Shown here one piece after another: positions 10,397 to 20,119 of a DNA stretch of 64,000 bases (the stretch's first letter is position 1; every line of letters starts with the position of its first letter). The DNA is from a virus (Duplodnaviria; Caudoviricetes): positions 36,831 to 100,830 of the IMG/VR virus record IMGVR_UViG_2814123203_000002; one strand, given 5' to 3'. A program made the position numbers and the translations under genes. The notes beneath the pieces were generated by a model. That model saw only the letters and a list, made by a program, of their open reading frames with translations. It was not told where the DNA came from and ran no database searches.

Positions 10397-10430
10397 AATA
10401 CAGAGAGGGGAATACTCCTCTCTGTATTTT
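10397..10430 (-). terminator. intergenic hairpin
   Basis: AAATACAGAGAGG...CCTCTCTGTATTT inverted repeat. Confidence 0.5.
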
Positions 10431-10446
10431 ATTATATTTTATTTTA

Positions 10447-11568
10447 CTATAGCTCATCATCGTCTTCATCATCTAGAAAAAAGTCATCATCGTCTTCGTC
10501 TTCATCATTTAAGAAATCATCATCGTCTTCCTCATCATCTTCGTCACTTTCTTCAATTAGGTCATCAACAACAAAATCTGATTCTTCATACACTTCTTGC
10601 TTAAAAGTTCCTTTTTTTGCACCTGTAACTCTTAATTCAACAATATAATTACTAAAGGTATCTTCTAATCCATCTGGGCGCTCTCCTTCAAAATCTTCAT
10701 CGTCATCATCATCTATATCATCATTAGGATCTACTCTAACAATTTCCACTGTATTCAAGCAGTGTCCATACAATTCAATAAAATCACCAAACTTCAATTT
10801 CTTTGTAAGTTTATTTGCGAATTTTTTAATTTTATCATTACCATTTGGTCTTATGACAAGTTGCAAATTCGAAAACTTATTGCCATATTGAATTGTATAA
10901 GCATTAATGTAAATTGCTTCTTCTTCATAATCACTATCTACAAATACAATTTCTTGACTAAAAGAGTTTATTTCTTTAAAGTTTTTATCTTCAAAATCTA
11001 TGTCATCAATTTTTTTAATGCTCTTAATTATATATTTGATACTTTCATATCTTTCCCCGTTTTTCTCATATGAATTTTTTTGAATTTCTCCTGTGACTCT
11101 TACACTTGTTCCATTTTCAAGTTCCTGATAAATATATTCTGCTGCATCAAAATCTACCATACTTTTTCTAATCAATTTACCACTTTCATCTTCTTCTAAT
11201 TGAACATTTACTCCAATAATATTATATCCTTTAGGTAATTCATTTCGTTTAGAAAACTTTAATTTCATTGTATCACCAGACTTACCTTTTTCTCCTTTTT
11301 TATAAGGATAAACAAAGTCTTGCTCACAACCAAATAACTCTACATTTAACTTATTTGTTTCACTAGTTTTAATTTGGAAACGAACAGAATTATAAGACTT
11401 TCCTTTCATTTTTCCACTTTGAATTTCTCCTGTTTTAAAAGCATGATCTTTGTTAATTCCTTCAACGATGCCCTCAAATTTGAAATATGATTTAGTTTGT
11501 TCTAGATTTCTTTTACTTTCTTCTGTATTCCCACTGGTTTCCTTTTCTTTGATTCCTTTTTTCGCCAT
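10447..11568 (-). CDS. probable single-stranded DNA-binding protein (YorF-like)
   Basis: OB-like beta-rich segments, very acidic C-terminal tail, directly upstream of the AAA ATPase. Confidence 0.7.
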   Translation of the reverse strand: MAKKGIKEKETSGNTEESKRNLEQTKSYFKFEGIVEGINKDHAFKTGEIQSGKMKGKSYNSVRFQIKTSETNKLNVELFGCEQDFVYPYKKGEKGKSGDTMKLKFSKRNELPKGYNIIGVNVQLEEDESGKLIRKSMVDFDAAEYIYQELENGTSVRVTGEIQKNSYEKNGERYESIKYIIKSIKKIDDIDFEDKNFKEINSFSQEIVFVDSDYEEEAIYINAYTIQYGNKFSNLQLVIRPNGNDKIKKFANKLTKKLKFGDFIELYGHCLNTVEIVRVDPNDDIDDDDDEDFEGERPDGLEDTFSNYIVELRVTGAKKGTFKQEVYEESDFVVDDLIEESDEDDEEDDDDFLNDEDEDDDDFFLDDEDDDEL

Positions 11569-11646
11569 TATAAATCCTCCAATTGACATTTATCTATATT
11601 AAGCTAAAAACTAGCATAATATACATTTATTTATTATATTTATCAT

Positions 11647-11868
11647 TCAATACATTTCGTAGATTTTTTCTATTAAATCACTTATGGTACTTTCTGTGTT
11701 AATACCATTAATTTCTATCCCGTAATAGTTTTTAATATCTTCTAATATAATAACTATATCTACTTTCTTTATTTCTAATTCATTAAATGTGTAGTTAACT
11801 TTCAACTCTTCTGGTACTATACCTGTTATATCATAAATCATTAACTTGACTTTTTTTTCAACTTTCAT
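11647..11868 (-). CDS. acyl carrier protein-like protein lacking the DSL serine
   Basis: 73 aa; aligns by eye with ACP (VEKKVK..I...G...EEL....TF.EL....VDIV.ILEDI...YGIEI...TISDLIEKI). Confidence 0.6.
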   Translation of the reverse strand: MKVEKKVKLMIYDITGIVPEELKVNYTFNELEIKKVDIVIILEDIKNYYGIEINGINTESTISDLIEKIYEMY

Positions 11869-11955
11869 ACTTGTCCCTGATATTATATAGTAGTTGAAGA
11901 TGCTACTATTTTACTATATAGGACCGTCCCTCCTTTCCCCATATGCTTATTTCCC

Positions 11956-12204
11956 TTATGAAACAGGAATATACTCTTGTTTTTTAACGTTGACACGTAA
12001 TATTTCAAAATTTTTCTTATAAAAATCATTGCTTTTTTTATTGTATAGATTTCTCCAACATCCTATTTCATCTTTAATTACTGCCTCCTCTCCAAAAATT
12101 CTAACTTGATATTCTTTATTTTTTCTGAACAAGTATTTTTCATTCAATAGCTTAACGTCAGAAATACACTTGACAAATGTTTCATCAAATAAATTCAAAA
12201 TCAC
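11956..12204 (-). CDS. phage hypothetical protein
   Basis: 82-aa ORF downstream of a sigma-A promoter. Confidence 0.6.
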   Translation of the reverse strand: MILNLFDETFVKCISDVKLLNEKYLFRKNKEYQVRIFGEEAVIKDEIGCWRNLYNKKSNDFYKKNFEILRVNVKKQEYIPVS

Positions 12205-12240
12205 ATCTACCCTTTTCTTATATTTATTATTTGTTGAAAA

Positions 12241-12269
12241 ATTATATCACCATTCTTTTGTTTTGTCAA
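12241..12269 (-). promoter_or_regulatory. sigma-A promoter for the leftward replication operon
   Basis: TTGACA-N17-TATAAT on the minus strand; 13/14-bp inverted repeat at 12286-12299/12331-12344 just upstream. Confidence 0.7.
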
Positions 12270-12365
12270 AAATATTCCATAAAAGTTTCCACCATAAAGT
12301 TTTTAATTTTAGTAGTATGTAAAATGGCCTCTTTATGGTAGAAAACAATTTAAGTCAAAACCAAT

Positions 12366-12785
12366 CTATTTTGCGAAACGTCCATGATGTAGAAGATCTT
12401 TTCTAAATTTTTTATATATCTCCTCTAATGTTATGTTATTTCTTTCAATTTTCTTTATTATTTTCTTTAGATTATCTTCAAATATATGTTCTTGAAAAAG
12501 CTCTTTAAATGCTCTTTTTTTATTCTCTTTATATATTTCCTCAAATTCCTTTAGATCCATATTTCTTTGTTTTATTTTAAACTCTCTAAAATCACTAATT
12601 GCGAACATCTGTTCCCCGGTCTCAGTCCAAAATCGATTTATAAAAAAGCAGAAGTCTTCAAAATTATTTATAAGTGCTTTTAAATTTTGTTCATTCTGCC
12701 AACCTAACTCCAAACTTTCATAGTTGATTTCATCATGTGTGTTAAGTTTATTCATTAAAGTTTCCTCCTTGATAATATTACTCAT
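12366..12785 (-). CDS. phage hypothetical protein
   Basis: 139-aa ORF. Confidence 0.6.
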   Translation of the reverse strand: MSNIIKEETLMNKLNTHDEINYESLELGWQNEQNLKALINNFEDFCFFINRFWTETGEQMFAISDFREFKIKQRNMDLKEFEEIYKENKKRAFKELFQEHIFEDNLKKIIKKIERNNITLEEIYKKFRKDLLHHGRFAK

Positions 12786-13085
12786 TAGTATATTGGTAAG
12801 TATTTCTTGGTGTGACCATTGTAACCCTCATTAAAGAATATTGTCAATGCTATATTTTATTATTTATCATATTAGCAAGTTGGAAAGGTTAATTTTTCCT
12901 TTCAGCTATTTTAGATAAAGAGCTTCTTGATTTATTTCGACATAAACTGACATTAATCAACATTTTTCTATAAATATTTTTATAATTCTCTGTCCATTTT
13001 TATTATATTTTATATATGTATTAAGTCTCACTATATTTTATCAAACATAGTGAATAGGGTCATTCTTTAATGAATGACCTTGTCT

Positions 13086-14054
13086 TTATTTTGAAATTTC
13101 CCCGTATAATTTATAGATATTGTCGTAATTAACAAAATCTTTTAATGAATACCAGTTATTTATCTTAAATTCTTTTGCAATTTCCTTGTATTGATCATTG
13201 CCTAATTCCCCATTTTTTTCCAATAGTTTTCTACCTAAATATATCATTCCAGAGCGGAATATGTTTTTACTTGTAAAATATGGGATTGATAGAGTTTCCC
13301 CAATTAAGTTAATTCTTCTATAAATAACAGAAGATTGAACAGGACCATTTTCATTTGTTGTTCTAGTTTGTGAATTTCTAAAGACATAATCATTAACAAA
13401 TAACTCGTTTACATTTGAAACATTTTGTCTGTATTCCATCACTCCATTTCTTTTCACATATTCTTTTTCATTAAGGGCATCAATACATAAATCAATTACA
13501 TCTTCTTCAACTTTAATTATTCTTTGGCTACCATCATAATCAGTTAATCTTAAGGTGTTATTATAACTATCAATATCTTGTTTTTTTAAGTTCCTAATTT
13601 CAGCAGCCCCTTTCCCATTAACACTTGAAAATAGCAATCTAATAGGAGCCGCATCTTGAGCATTTTCACAACGACTAATAATCTGTTTTATTTCTTTATA
13701 GCTCCAATAAATTTTTTTGTTTTTATCAACAAATTTATCGAACCAATCACTGTCAACCGTTTTAAGAATATTAATTCCCTTTTTATATCCTTTTGAGATG
13801 CACCATGAAATATAACTTGTTAAAATTCTCCCATTACTTTCAGATGACGCCTTTGTAAGAGGATCTAAATCATACAGCACACTTTCTAATTCTTTCATAT
13901 TAAAATCATAAATATCTTTATTTGTAGCTTTCTCTGTATATGAACTAATTTGGAATATCCTCTTATAATTATTTTTAGTTTCTTCATTATCATAAATATT
14001 TAAAAACTCTTCTTTGATTTTCTCATTGTATAGATCATTTGGCAATTTTTTCAT
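13086..14054 (-). CDS. SPbeta YopR/MrpR-like master repressor (degenerate tyrosine-recombinase fold)
   Basis: YNEKIKEEFL...KDIYDF...CENAQD...LLF..V.G....EIRNLK...KNIFRSGMIY; catalytic HxxR degenerate. Confidence 0.8.
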   Translation of the reverse strand: MKKLPNDLYNEKIKEEFLNIYDNEETKNNYKRIFQISSYTEKATNKDIYDFNMKELESVLYDLDPLTKASSESNGRILTSYISWCISKGYKKGINILKTVDSDWFDKFVDKNKKIYWSYKEIKQIISRCENAQDAAPIRLLFSSVNGKGAAEIRNLKKQDIDSYNNTLRLTDYDGSQRIIKVEEDVIDLCIDALNEKEYVKRNGVMEYRQNVSNVNELFVNDYVFRNSQTRTTNENGPVQSSVIYRRINLIGETLSIPYFTSKNIFRSGMIYLGRKLLEKNGELGNDQYKEIAKEFKINNWYSLKDFVNYDNIYKLYGEISK

Positions 14055-14055
14055 T

Positions 14056-14880
14056 TCAATTTACACCGCCTTTTAATAGAAGTTTGTTATAATAAATCTT
14101 AGCTTCTTCTAATTCTAAGTAATTTATTTCAAGTTCTATTTTTACTTTTATATTGTGATTTAAATCTAAAGCTCTCTCAATAGCAAGAATTGTATGAAAT
14201 CCATTTAATATATCTATCCTTGATTCGTCAATCCTCAGTGTTAACTCATCTTCATTATAATGAATAAAATTTTCATTTGGTTTTTTTAGGACATTCAATA
14301 CAACAGGTTTAAAGTCATATGTTGAATTTAAGATACTTTCTGCAATTTCACTTACTAAGTTGAAGTTTATATCAATTGATTGGCTTAGTATGCCTTTTTT
14401 ATTCTGTACATACTTATATTTCTTTGTTATGTCCAGATTATACTTTAGTAAATCTCTTTTATACAATTCTGCAATTCTATAAGCGTATTCAAATACTATA
14501 TATTTATTTTCTGACTCTTTTATGACTCTTCTAAATACAAGTGGAAATTCTTCTTTTTCAAAATTTTCGATTGAAAGATCTTTTTGCAAAATTTCATCTT
14601 CATTTAGAGAAGTACTTACAGCTTTCTCTATCTCTTTTTCGCTAAAAGCTCCTTTTGGATTAATTTCTTTTATTTTTGTTATGAAATAAAGTTCCATTCC
14701 TATTCGGATTATCATTTCTTTTTTTAATGGAATATCTCCATTTATTATCTGCTGAGTTTCACCACGAAACACTCCATAATTTTCATACAGTTTTTTTTTC
14801 AAGTTTTCTTTCTGATTATTGTTATGTTTTATATCATCTAGTATCTTTCTTAGTAAATTCACATATTCCTGTTTATCCAT
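14056..14880 (-). CDS. YopQ-like (ParB/DndB-like) regulator
   Basis: Adjacent to the YopR-like gene; DILNGFHTILA is a degenerate DGxHR motif; likely start MDKQEY. Confidence 0.6.
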   Translation of the reverse strand: MDKQEYVNLLRKILDDIKHNNNQKENLKKKLYENYGVFRGETQQIINGDIPLKKEMIIRIGMELYFITKIKEINPKGAFSEKEIEKAVSTSLNEDEILQKDLSIENFEKEEFPLVFRRVIKESENKYIVFEYAYRIAELYKRDLLKYNLDITKKYKYVQNKKGILSQSIDINFNLVSEIAESILNSTYDFKPVVLNVLKKPNENFIHYNEDELTLRIDESRIDILNGFHTILAIERALDLNHNIKVKIELEINYLELEEAKIYYNKLLLKGGVN

Positions 14881-15113
14881 GTGCTCATCCCCTTTCAACT
14901 ATTTGATTCAGCATTGTTGTGTATGTAATTTGATATATTTATATATTATATCCTATTGACAAGTGTTTTATAAATATTTCCATTATCTTTTTTAAAAAGC
15001 AAAACATAGTGTTTTTATCTTCAAATTTAATTATATATTACATTCTTTATTTATGCAACATTTTTTTATCTTCTTTATTTGTTCTGTAAATTTTAATTCA
15101 TTATTTTTATAAT

Positions 15114-15371
15114 CTATATAACAAAAATCTCTCTTTTCATATTAGCTTTTTTTAGAATAGATTTTGCTAATTCAATCGCATCGTTTTCTGATTTTATCAT
15201 AGACACTCTTGATTCACTAAATTCCTCCTCAGTTTCTTTGTTTTCAAAATAAATGTCAAAGTACCTATCTTCATAGTTCTTGATAACCATCGATAAGTCC
15301 TGCTTATTTTCAACTCGATTATCAATTCTCAAAAGAATGCCCAGATCTTCCACATATGGCCCTATGATCAT
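15114..15371 (-). CDS. phage hypothetical protein
   Basis: 85-aa ORF with RBS and an upstream TTGACT promoter-like element. Confidence 0.6.
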   Translation of the reverse strand: MIIGPYVEDLGILLRIDNRVENKQDLSMVIKNYEDRYFDIYFENKETEEEFSESRVSMIKSENDAIELAKSILKKANMKREIFVI

Positions 15372-15509
15372 TTTACATTTCCCCTTCTTTTGGTATTTTA
15401 TTATTTGTTATTTTGTTAATATGATACAATTACTTATGTCTACAGTCAACATAATTTTGTAAGACTGCTTAATACAAATCCCAAAGAACCTAATGTATTA
15501 TACAATACA

Positions 15510-15833
15510 CTAGGTTCTATTTCTATAATTCTGGGTTTTTCCATCTGTTTTAACAATTTCCTTTATTCTAAGCTTAATTTTGTCTTTATTAAACATTTTT
15601 TTCTTATCTAATCCATATTTTTCACACAGCCTTTCATAACTTGCTACAAGCCTTTCATCTGGCCTATTTTCTAAGAACTTAATCAAATATGTCCTCATTT
15701 GTTCCTTGAATTTATCGTCTTTAAATTTCTCATTCAATTTTGAACAATAATCTTCCTGAAACTGACGTTTTTGATATAAATCTTCTAAATCTCTGATAAT
15801 TAATCCTACTTTCTCCTCATCTATATTCTCGTT
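15510..15833 (-). pseudogene. 3' part of a gene whose 5' end (ATG at 16089, + strand) lies inside the inversion
   Basis: Frame is open up to the breakpoint (NENIDEEKVGLII...). Confidence 0.6.
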
Positions 15834-15835
15834 TC

Positions 15836-16058
15836 AGAATCATTAATTAGATTTTTGAAAAGTAACAATATTGAATACGAAGAGCCTTTAATAATCGAAG
15901 CACTTGAGAAGTATAAGAATAACGATTGCAGCTTAATTGATATTGTAGCATCTATTAAGGCCGAAAAACAAAATGCATATATATTGACAACAAATACACG
16001 AGACTATAAAAAAATAAGCACTCGATATTTTACTTACGAAGAAGTGAAACAATTATAG
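15836..16058 (+). pseudogene. C-terminal half of a PIN (VapC-like) toxin, inverted
   Basis: ESLIRFLKSNNIEYEE...CSLIDIVA...ILTTNTRDYKKI is a PIN C-terminal pattern; no RBS of its own. Confidence 0.75.
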
Positions 16059-16102
16059 TTAAGAATTCTTTGATAGAGGTGAGCAATAATGGACAACTTA
16101 TC

Positions 16103-16360
16103 TCAAAAGGAAAAATGGAGTCTCGATGCTAATTTAGATCGATTAGCAAGAAAAAGATTTTCTAATATATATGCGTTACTAATGTTATAAGTTTTCTTTA
16201 ATATGTTAGCTGTCTCTAAGATGACTTCATTAATAACGATTAGGGTCATTTTACTGTAATCTACTTTTGAAACTAAGTCATCGATCGAATCCGAATGCTT
16301 TTCTTCATTGTATGTCAGTATATTTACAATTAAATCTGAATCAATAAGAAATTTTTCCAT
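16103..16360 (-). pseudogene. N-terminal half of a PIN (VapC-like) toxin
   Basis: FLIDSDLIV...VINEVILETANILKKTY; PIN similarity ends at ~16163. Confidence 0.78.
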
Positions 16361-16363
16361 ATT

Positions 16364-16573
16364 TTATTCCTTCTCTTTCACTTTATCTTTCAATATGCCT
16401 AACACACTTTTTATTGATTGAGGTTTAACTACTCTTACTCCAACAATATTATCATTTTGATCAACTATTAAACTAAGTCTGTCCCCAGCCTCTAACTTAT
16501 ACTTTTTTCTAATTTCAGCAGGGAGAGTGATCTGCCCTTTTGGAGTCATTATTCCACTTGTATAATATTTCAT
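16364..16573 (-). CDS. AbrB/MazE/SpoVT-family antitoxin (VapB-like)
   Basis: MTPKGQITLPAEIRKKYKLEAGDRL. Confidence 0.9.
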   Translation of the reverse strand: MKYYTSGIMTPKGQITLPAEIRKKYKLEAGDRLSLIVDQNDNIVGVRVVKPQSIKSVLGILKDKVKEKE

Positions 16574-16843
16574 TTTATCTACCTTACCCTCAACTTAATT
16601 TCTTTGAGATATCTCCCTTGCCCATTTAAGATATTTCTCTTGTTTTTTTGCAGATAGATCCTTAACTAAACAGCTCAGTCGCTATAATAATGTCACCAGT
16701 AACATTCGTTAACTCTTCAAATTCCCTTATCATCTCATCTTTAGTCAATTTTATAGTCACCTCTTTTTATCAAAAATCTAAGAAGGCTATTAAAGGTATT
16801 ATAAACCAACATAACCTTCTTGCCAATTTGATTTTTTTATTTG

Positions 16844-18067
16844 CTAATCTTTATATGGGTCATATTCATTTGAACCTGCCATACACACACCAATAGGTCT
16901 AAGAACATGTCTTATATATAAAGTATCTTTATGGGCCTCTAACACGCCTCTCAGTTGCTTATAAACAAATGGACTTTCATCTGTACCAGCACCCCGCAAT
17001 TCGACACCATAGCTCTTTATTGCTTTATACATTTGTTCTGAAGTAATTTTTCCACCACTCCTAGTTCGTGTCTTCCAGTTCATTTTCCCAGCTGCCTCTG
17101 TTCGACTCATTATACGACCAGCTCCATGAACAGTACTCTGATAAGAATCTTTATTCTCCTGCGAGTCTTTACCTTCTACAATAACTGATACATCTCCCAT
17201 ACTTCCACCAATAAATCCCCATTGGTTAGGAGCTAAAGGCGTTGCTCCTTTGCGAACAACAATAACTTCTTTTCCATAATGCTCTTCTTTCCAAGCATAG
17301 TTATGGTGATTATGAACCGAAAACATACATTCTGCTTGTAAAATTTTTAATACAGTATCAATTACATAGTCTCTTCCAGCATAAGCATATTTACCAGCTA
17401 AAGTCATTGCCTTATAATACATATCACCTAATTCAGAATTCATATCTAGCAATGTAGGAGCTTGATCCATACTTTCGCCTGGTGCTTTATCTGAAAATTT
17501 TTTTCCAGCAGCTAAATTCAAAAATCCACTTGCTGTTTTATGTCCAAATCCTCTACTCCCAAAATGGTTGGCAATCCATACATCTTGTGTTTCCTCTTCA
17601 AGAAGTATATCAACAAAATGATTTCCACTACCTACTGTTCCTAATTGGTTTCTTGCTAATTCTTTTAATTTGTTATGTTCCTGAATGCCAATTTGTTTAT
17701 AAACATTCCAAAGTTCATCATCAAACAACTCATGATCTACTTTTTCTTTATTGCCTCTGCCAACTCCAAATGAAATATTTTTAGAAATCTCATCCATTAT
17801 TGAAGAAATGTTATTTTTAATGTCATCATATTTTATATTTGTCCTAATTGCTTTGTTCCCACATGCAATATCATAACCTACTCCACTAGGAGAGATTTGA
17901 TTATTATAAACCACCACCCCACCAACAGGTTGACTATATCCTTTGTGATGATCAGCCATTAGCAAAACTTGTTCAACACTTCCATAGTTAGAACAAATAA
18001 CTGCTTGTTCTACTGCATTTTGTAAAGGTGTTCCCCAAACTCTGATACCATCAATAATCTTCACCAT
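16844..18067 (-). CDS. rtcB: RtcB-family 3'-phosphate RNA ligase
   Basis: DHHKGY, VGYDIACG, GSGNHF, HFGSRG, HNHHNY, VRKGATP, HGAGR; GGAGG RBS before ATG at 18067. Confidence 0.95.
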   Translation of the reverse strand: MVKIIDGIRVWGTPLQNAVEQAVICSNYGSVEQVLLMADHHKGYSQPVGGVVVYNNQISPSGVGYDIACGNKAIRTNIKYDDIKNNISSIMDEISKNISFGVGRGNKEKVDHELFDDELWNVYKQIGIQEHNKLKELARNQLGTVGSGNHFVDILLEEETQDVWIANHFGSRGFGHKTASGFLNLAAGKKFSDKAPGESMDQAPTLLDMNSELGDMYYKAMTLAGKYAYAGRDYVIDTVLKILQAECMFSVHNHHNYAWKEEHYGKEVIVVRKGATPLAPNQWGFIGGSMGDVSVIVEGKDSQENKDSYQSTVHGAGRIMSRTEAAGKMNWKTRTRSGGKITSEQMYKAIKSYGVELRGAGTDESPFVYKQLRGVLEAHKDTLYIRHVLRPIGVCMAGSNEYDPYKD

Positions 18068-18344
18068 ATTTTCCTCCATATCCCATTTAATTTTGATATA
18101 AAATTTAAAAATTAAATCATTACGAAATTTCATCTACAGTGCTTTATTATGAATTTATAAAAATTGCTTACTTTTATTTGGATGCGATATACCTCAACAT
18201 CGTATCCATCAATATTATCAAATTCATTTAAATTATGGGTAGAATAACCGCAATTGTGCAAATTGCAAATAAACTTCATAGGTAAACCTAACTTCTTCAT
18301 ACGCCTCTTCCGGTGTATTTCTATACTCTAATTGCCTCATTTCG

Positions 18345-18545
18345 TTACCTCCCAATATCTTTCCAATGGTTAGCATCTTCGTGATCACAAAACTTTCTGG
18401 CTTCATCTATATTTTTAAAATCATCAATCCATACAAGATAAGAGTTGCGGTGAAAGACTACAAAACGTTTAAATAAAAAATAACCCAATTTAAATTCTTC
18501 TCTTTCGCATATCTTAAAACCGTTGCGTTCTTCTATAAGTTCCAT
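18345..18545 (-). CDS. small phage protein, paralog of 5415..5609
   Basis: Identical N-terminus MELIEERNGFKICEREE. Confidence 0.7.
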   Translation of the reverse strand: MELIEERNGFKICEREEFKLGYFLFKRFVVFHRNSYLVWIDDFKNIDEARKFCDHEDANHWKDIGR

Positions 18546-18660
18546 TCGTCCTCATCTCTCCTTTTGGTTTAATAAAGGAGAAGGCTGGCGCCCTCTCCTT
18601 TATTCGTCTACTTATTCCCAGTATAGTTCTACATATTCCTGTGCATGTTCATTGACAATC

Positions 18661-18867
18661 TCATTCCTCCACCATAAACAATTTCCCATTTTTCACGATC
18701 ACATCATTGTGATCGTCGGGGCAAAAAAGACAGCTCCCCATGTAATCAAAATAAAAGTCCTGTGCGCAGTCTGGGCTACAAAAGAAGTCATTCAGGAATT
18801 CACTGAACTCAATATCCATATCTGGTGATAACTCTTTTTCGCAACCTCTACATTTTAATACTTCCAT
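18661..18867 (-). CDS. small zinc-finger (FCS/TRASH-like) protein
   Basis: CRGC...FFCSPDC; likely start MEVLKC. Confidence 0.65.
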   Translation of the reverse strand: MEVLKCRGCEKELSPDMDIEFSEFLNDFFCSPDCAQDFYFDYMGSCLFCPDDHNDVIVKNGKLFMVEE

Positions 18868-18884
18868 TCGTCCCCATCTCTCCT

Positions 18885-19067
18885 TTATTCGTCTACTTTT
18901 TTCCATGATAGAGAGATGAAATCTTGAGCAGATTCATTGACAATGTCATAGATTCTTTCCTCGGTCTCTTCTGGTGTGAGTCCTTCCAATTCCTTATCAT
19001 CAATTTCAATTTCATCTTCTCTACATGCTGCTGGATACCCAATGCTGAGTTTATATTTTACTTTCAT
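18885..19067 (-). CDS. small acidic phage protein
   Basis: 60 aa, GGAGG RBS. Confidence 0.7.
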   Translation of the reverse strand: MKVKYKLSIGYPAACREDEIEIDDKELEGLTPEETEERIYDIVNESAQDFISLSWKKVDE

Positions 19068-19552
19068 AGTTTATTTCCTCCGTCTCTATCATAAAATTCA
19101 TAACATGTCTTTCCATTCATTTTCACCTGCTTGCAACACTTACTGCAATAAATTTACTGTTCGAATCCATTGTAAAATTCGCTTTTTTTCTTGAGCTTTT
19201 TTAAGTCAATTATTTGATTATTACCAATACATCTCTTTTTTGCTCATGGGGTTTCGCCCCCTTTTCAATATCATTCCAAGTTTCTTTATAGGTTCGTCTT
19301 TTATTCTATCACCTCAAGTTTTGTATACTTAACAACATGTCCACATTTATTTTTCCAAACATGTACATTATACCATTCTCCATCTTCGCAAAAATTTTTA
19401 AGCTGAGTATCTCCCATTTCTTCCCTGCATTCTGGACAAGTCCAATTCACATTGATGATCTTTATCCATGAAGCCAGCCTGCTGAATCCCTATTAGGTAC
19501 AATAATCATTCTTATTGCCACTTGTCTCACCCTTTATATAAATTTTTTAATA

Positions 19553-20119
19553 TTACTTTGGCATATTGAAACTTTTAGCTACTTTTAATAATATTTGTTC
19601 ATTCTTATTATAAAATTCTTTTGAAACTTCATAAGAGAAAAAATACTGAGTTTTATTTTCTTCTGAAAGATAATATACTTTAGCAATGTACTTATCATTT
19701 ACCTTTCCTAAAAACATTTGAGCTTCAAGCCCATTATCAAGTATAATTTTTTGCTGAGGAAGTTTTAATTCCGAGAAATCATCAGTAATTCCTTCAATAT
19801 AATTAACTCCATAAACCCTAATATCAACATCAGGATTCCCAATGTATAAATCTTTTCCATCACCATTGTCAAATTCTTCTTCAGAAATCCACTTGGCGGG
19901 ATATGTTATCTTATATTTGTATCTTTCATTTGCATATGTTACAGTTTCTTCTTCTGAAGATAGTGCAGGAACAGGATTAGACAATGATGCCTGTGTTTCT
20001 GTATATTCGTCGTCTGTAGTCGATAAAACATTTTTATCATTTTGACTAACGACTTCTTCCTGTTTAAATCCACATGCTGTAATAATCATTAGCAAAAATA
20101 GAATACTTAGCTTTTTCAA
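19553..20119 (-). CDS. lipoprotein with PsbP-like domain
   Basis: Signal peptide with lipobox ITA-C; YANERYKYKITYPAKW. Confidence 0.75.
   Translation of the reverse strand: MKKLSILFLLMIITACGFKQEEVVSQNDKNVLSTTDDEYTETQASLSNPVPALSSEEETVTYANERYKYKITYPAKWISEEEFDNGDGKDLYIGNPDVDIRVYGVNYIEGITDDFSELKLPQQKIILDNGLEAQMFLGKVNDKYIAKVYYLSEENKTQYFFSYEVSKEFYNKNEQILLKVAKSFNMPK

Noticed and set aside
10447-10730. (TCA/TCG/TCT)n low-complexity repeats
   Set aside because: They simply encode the Asp/Glu tail of the SSB-like protein
13086-14054. Prophage integrase call
   Set aside because: Catalytic residues are degenerate; matches the MrpR-type repressor better
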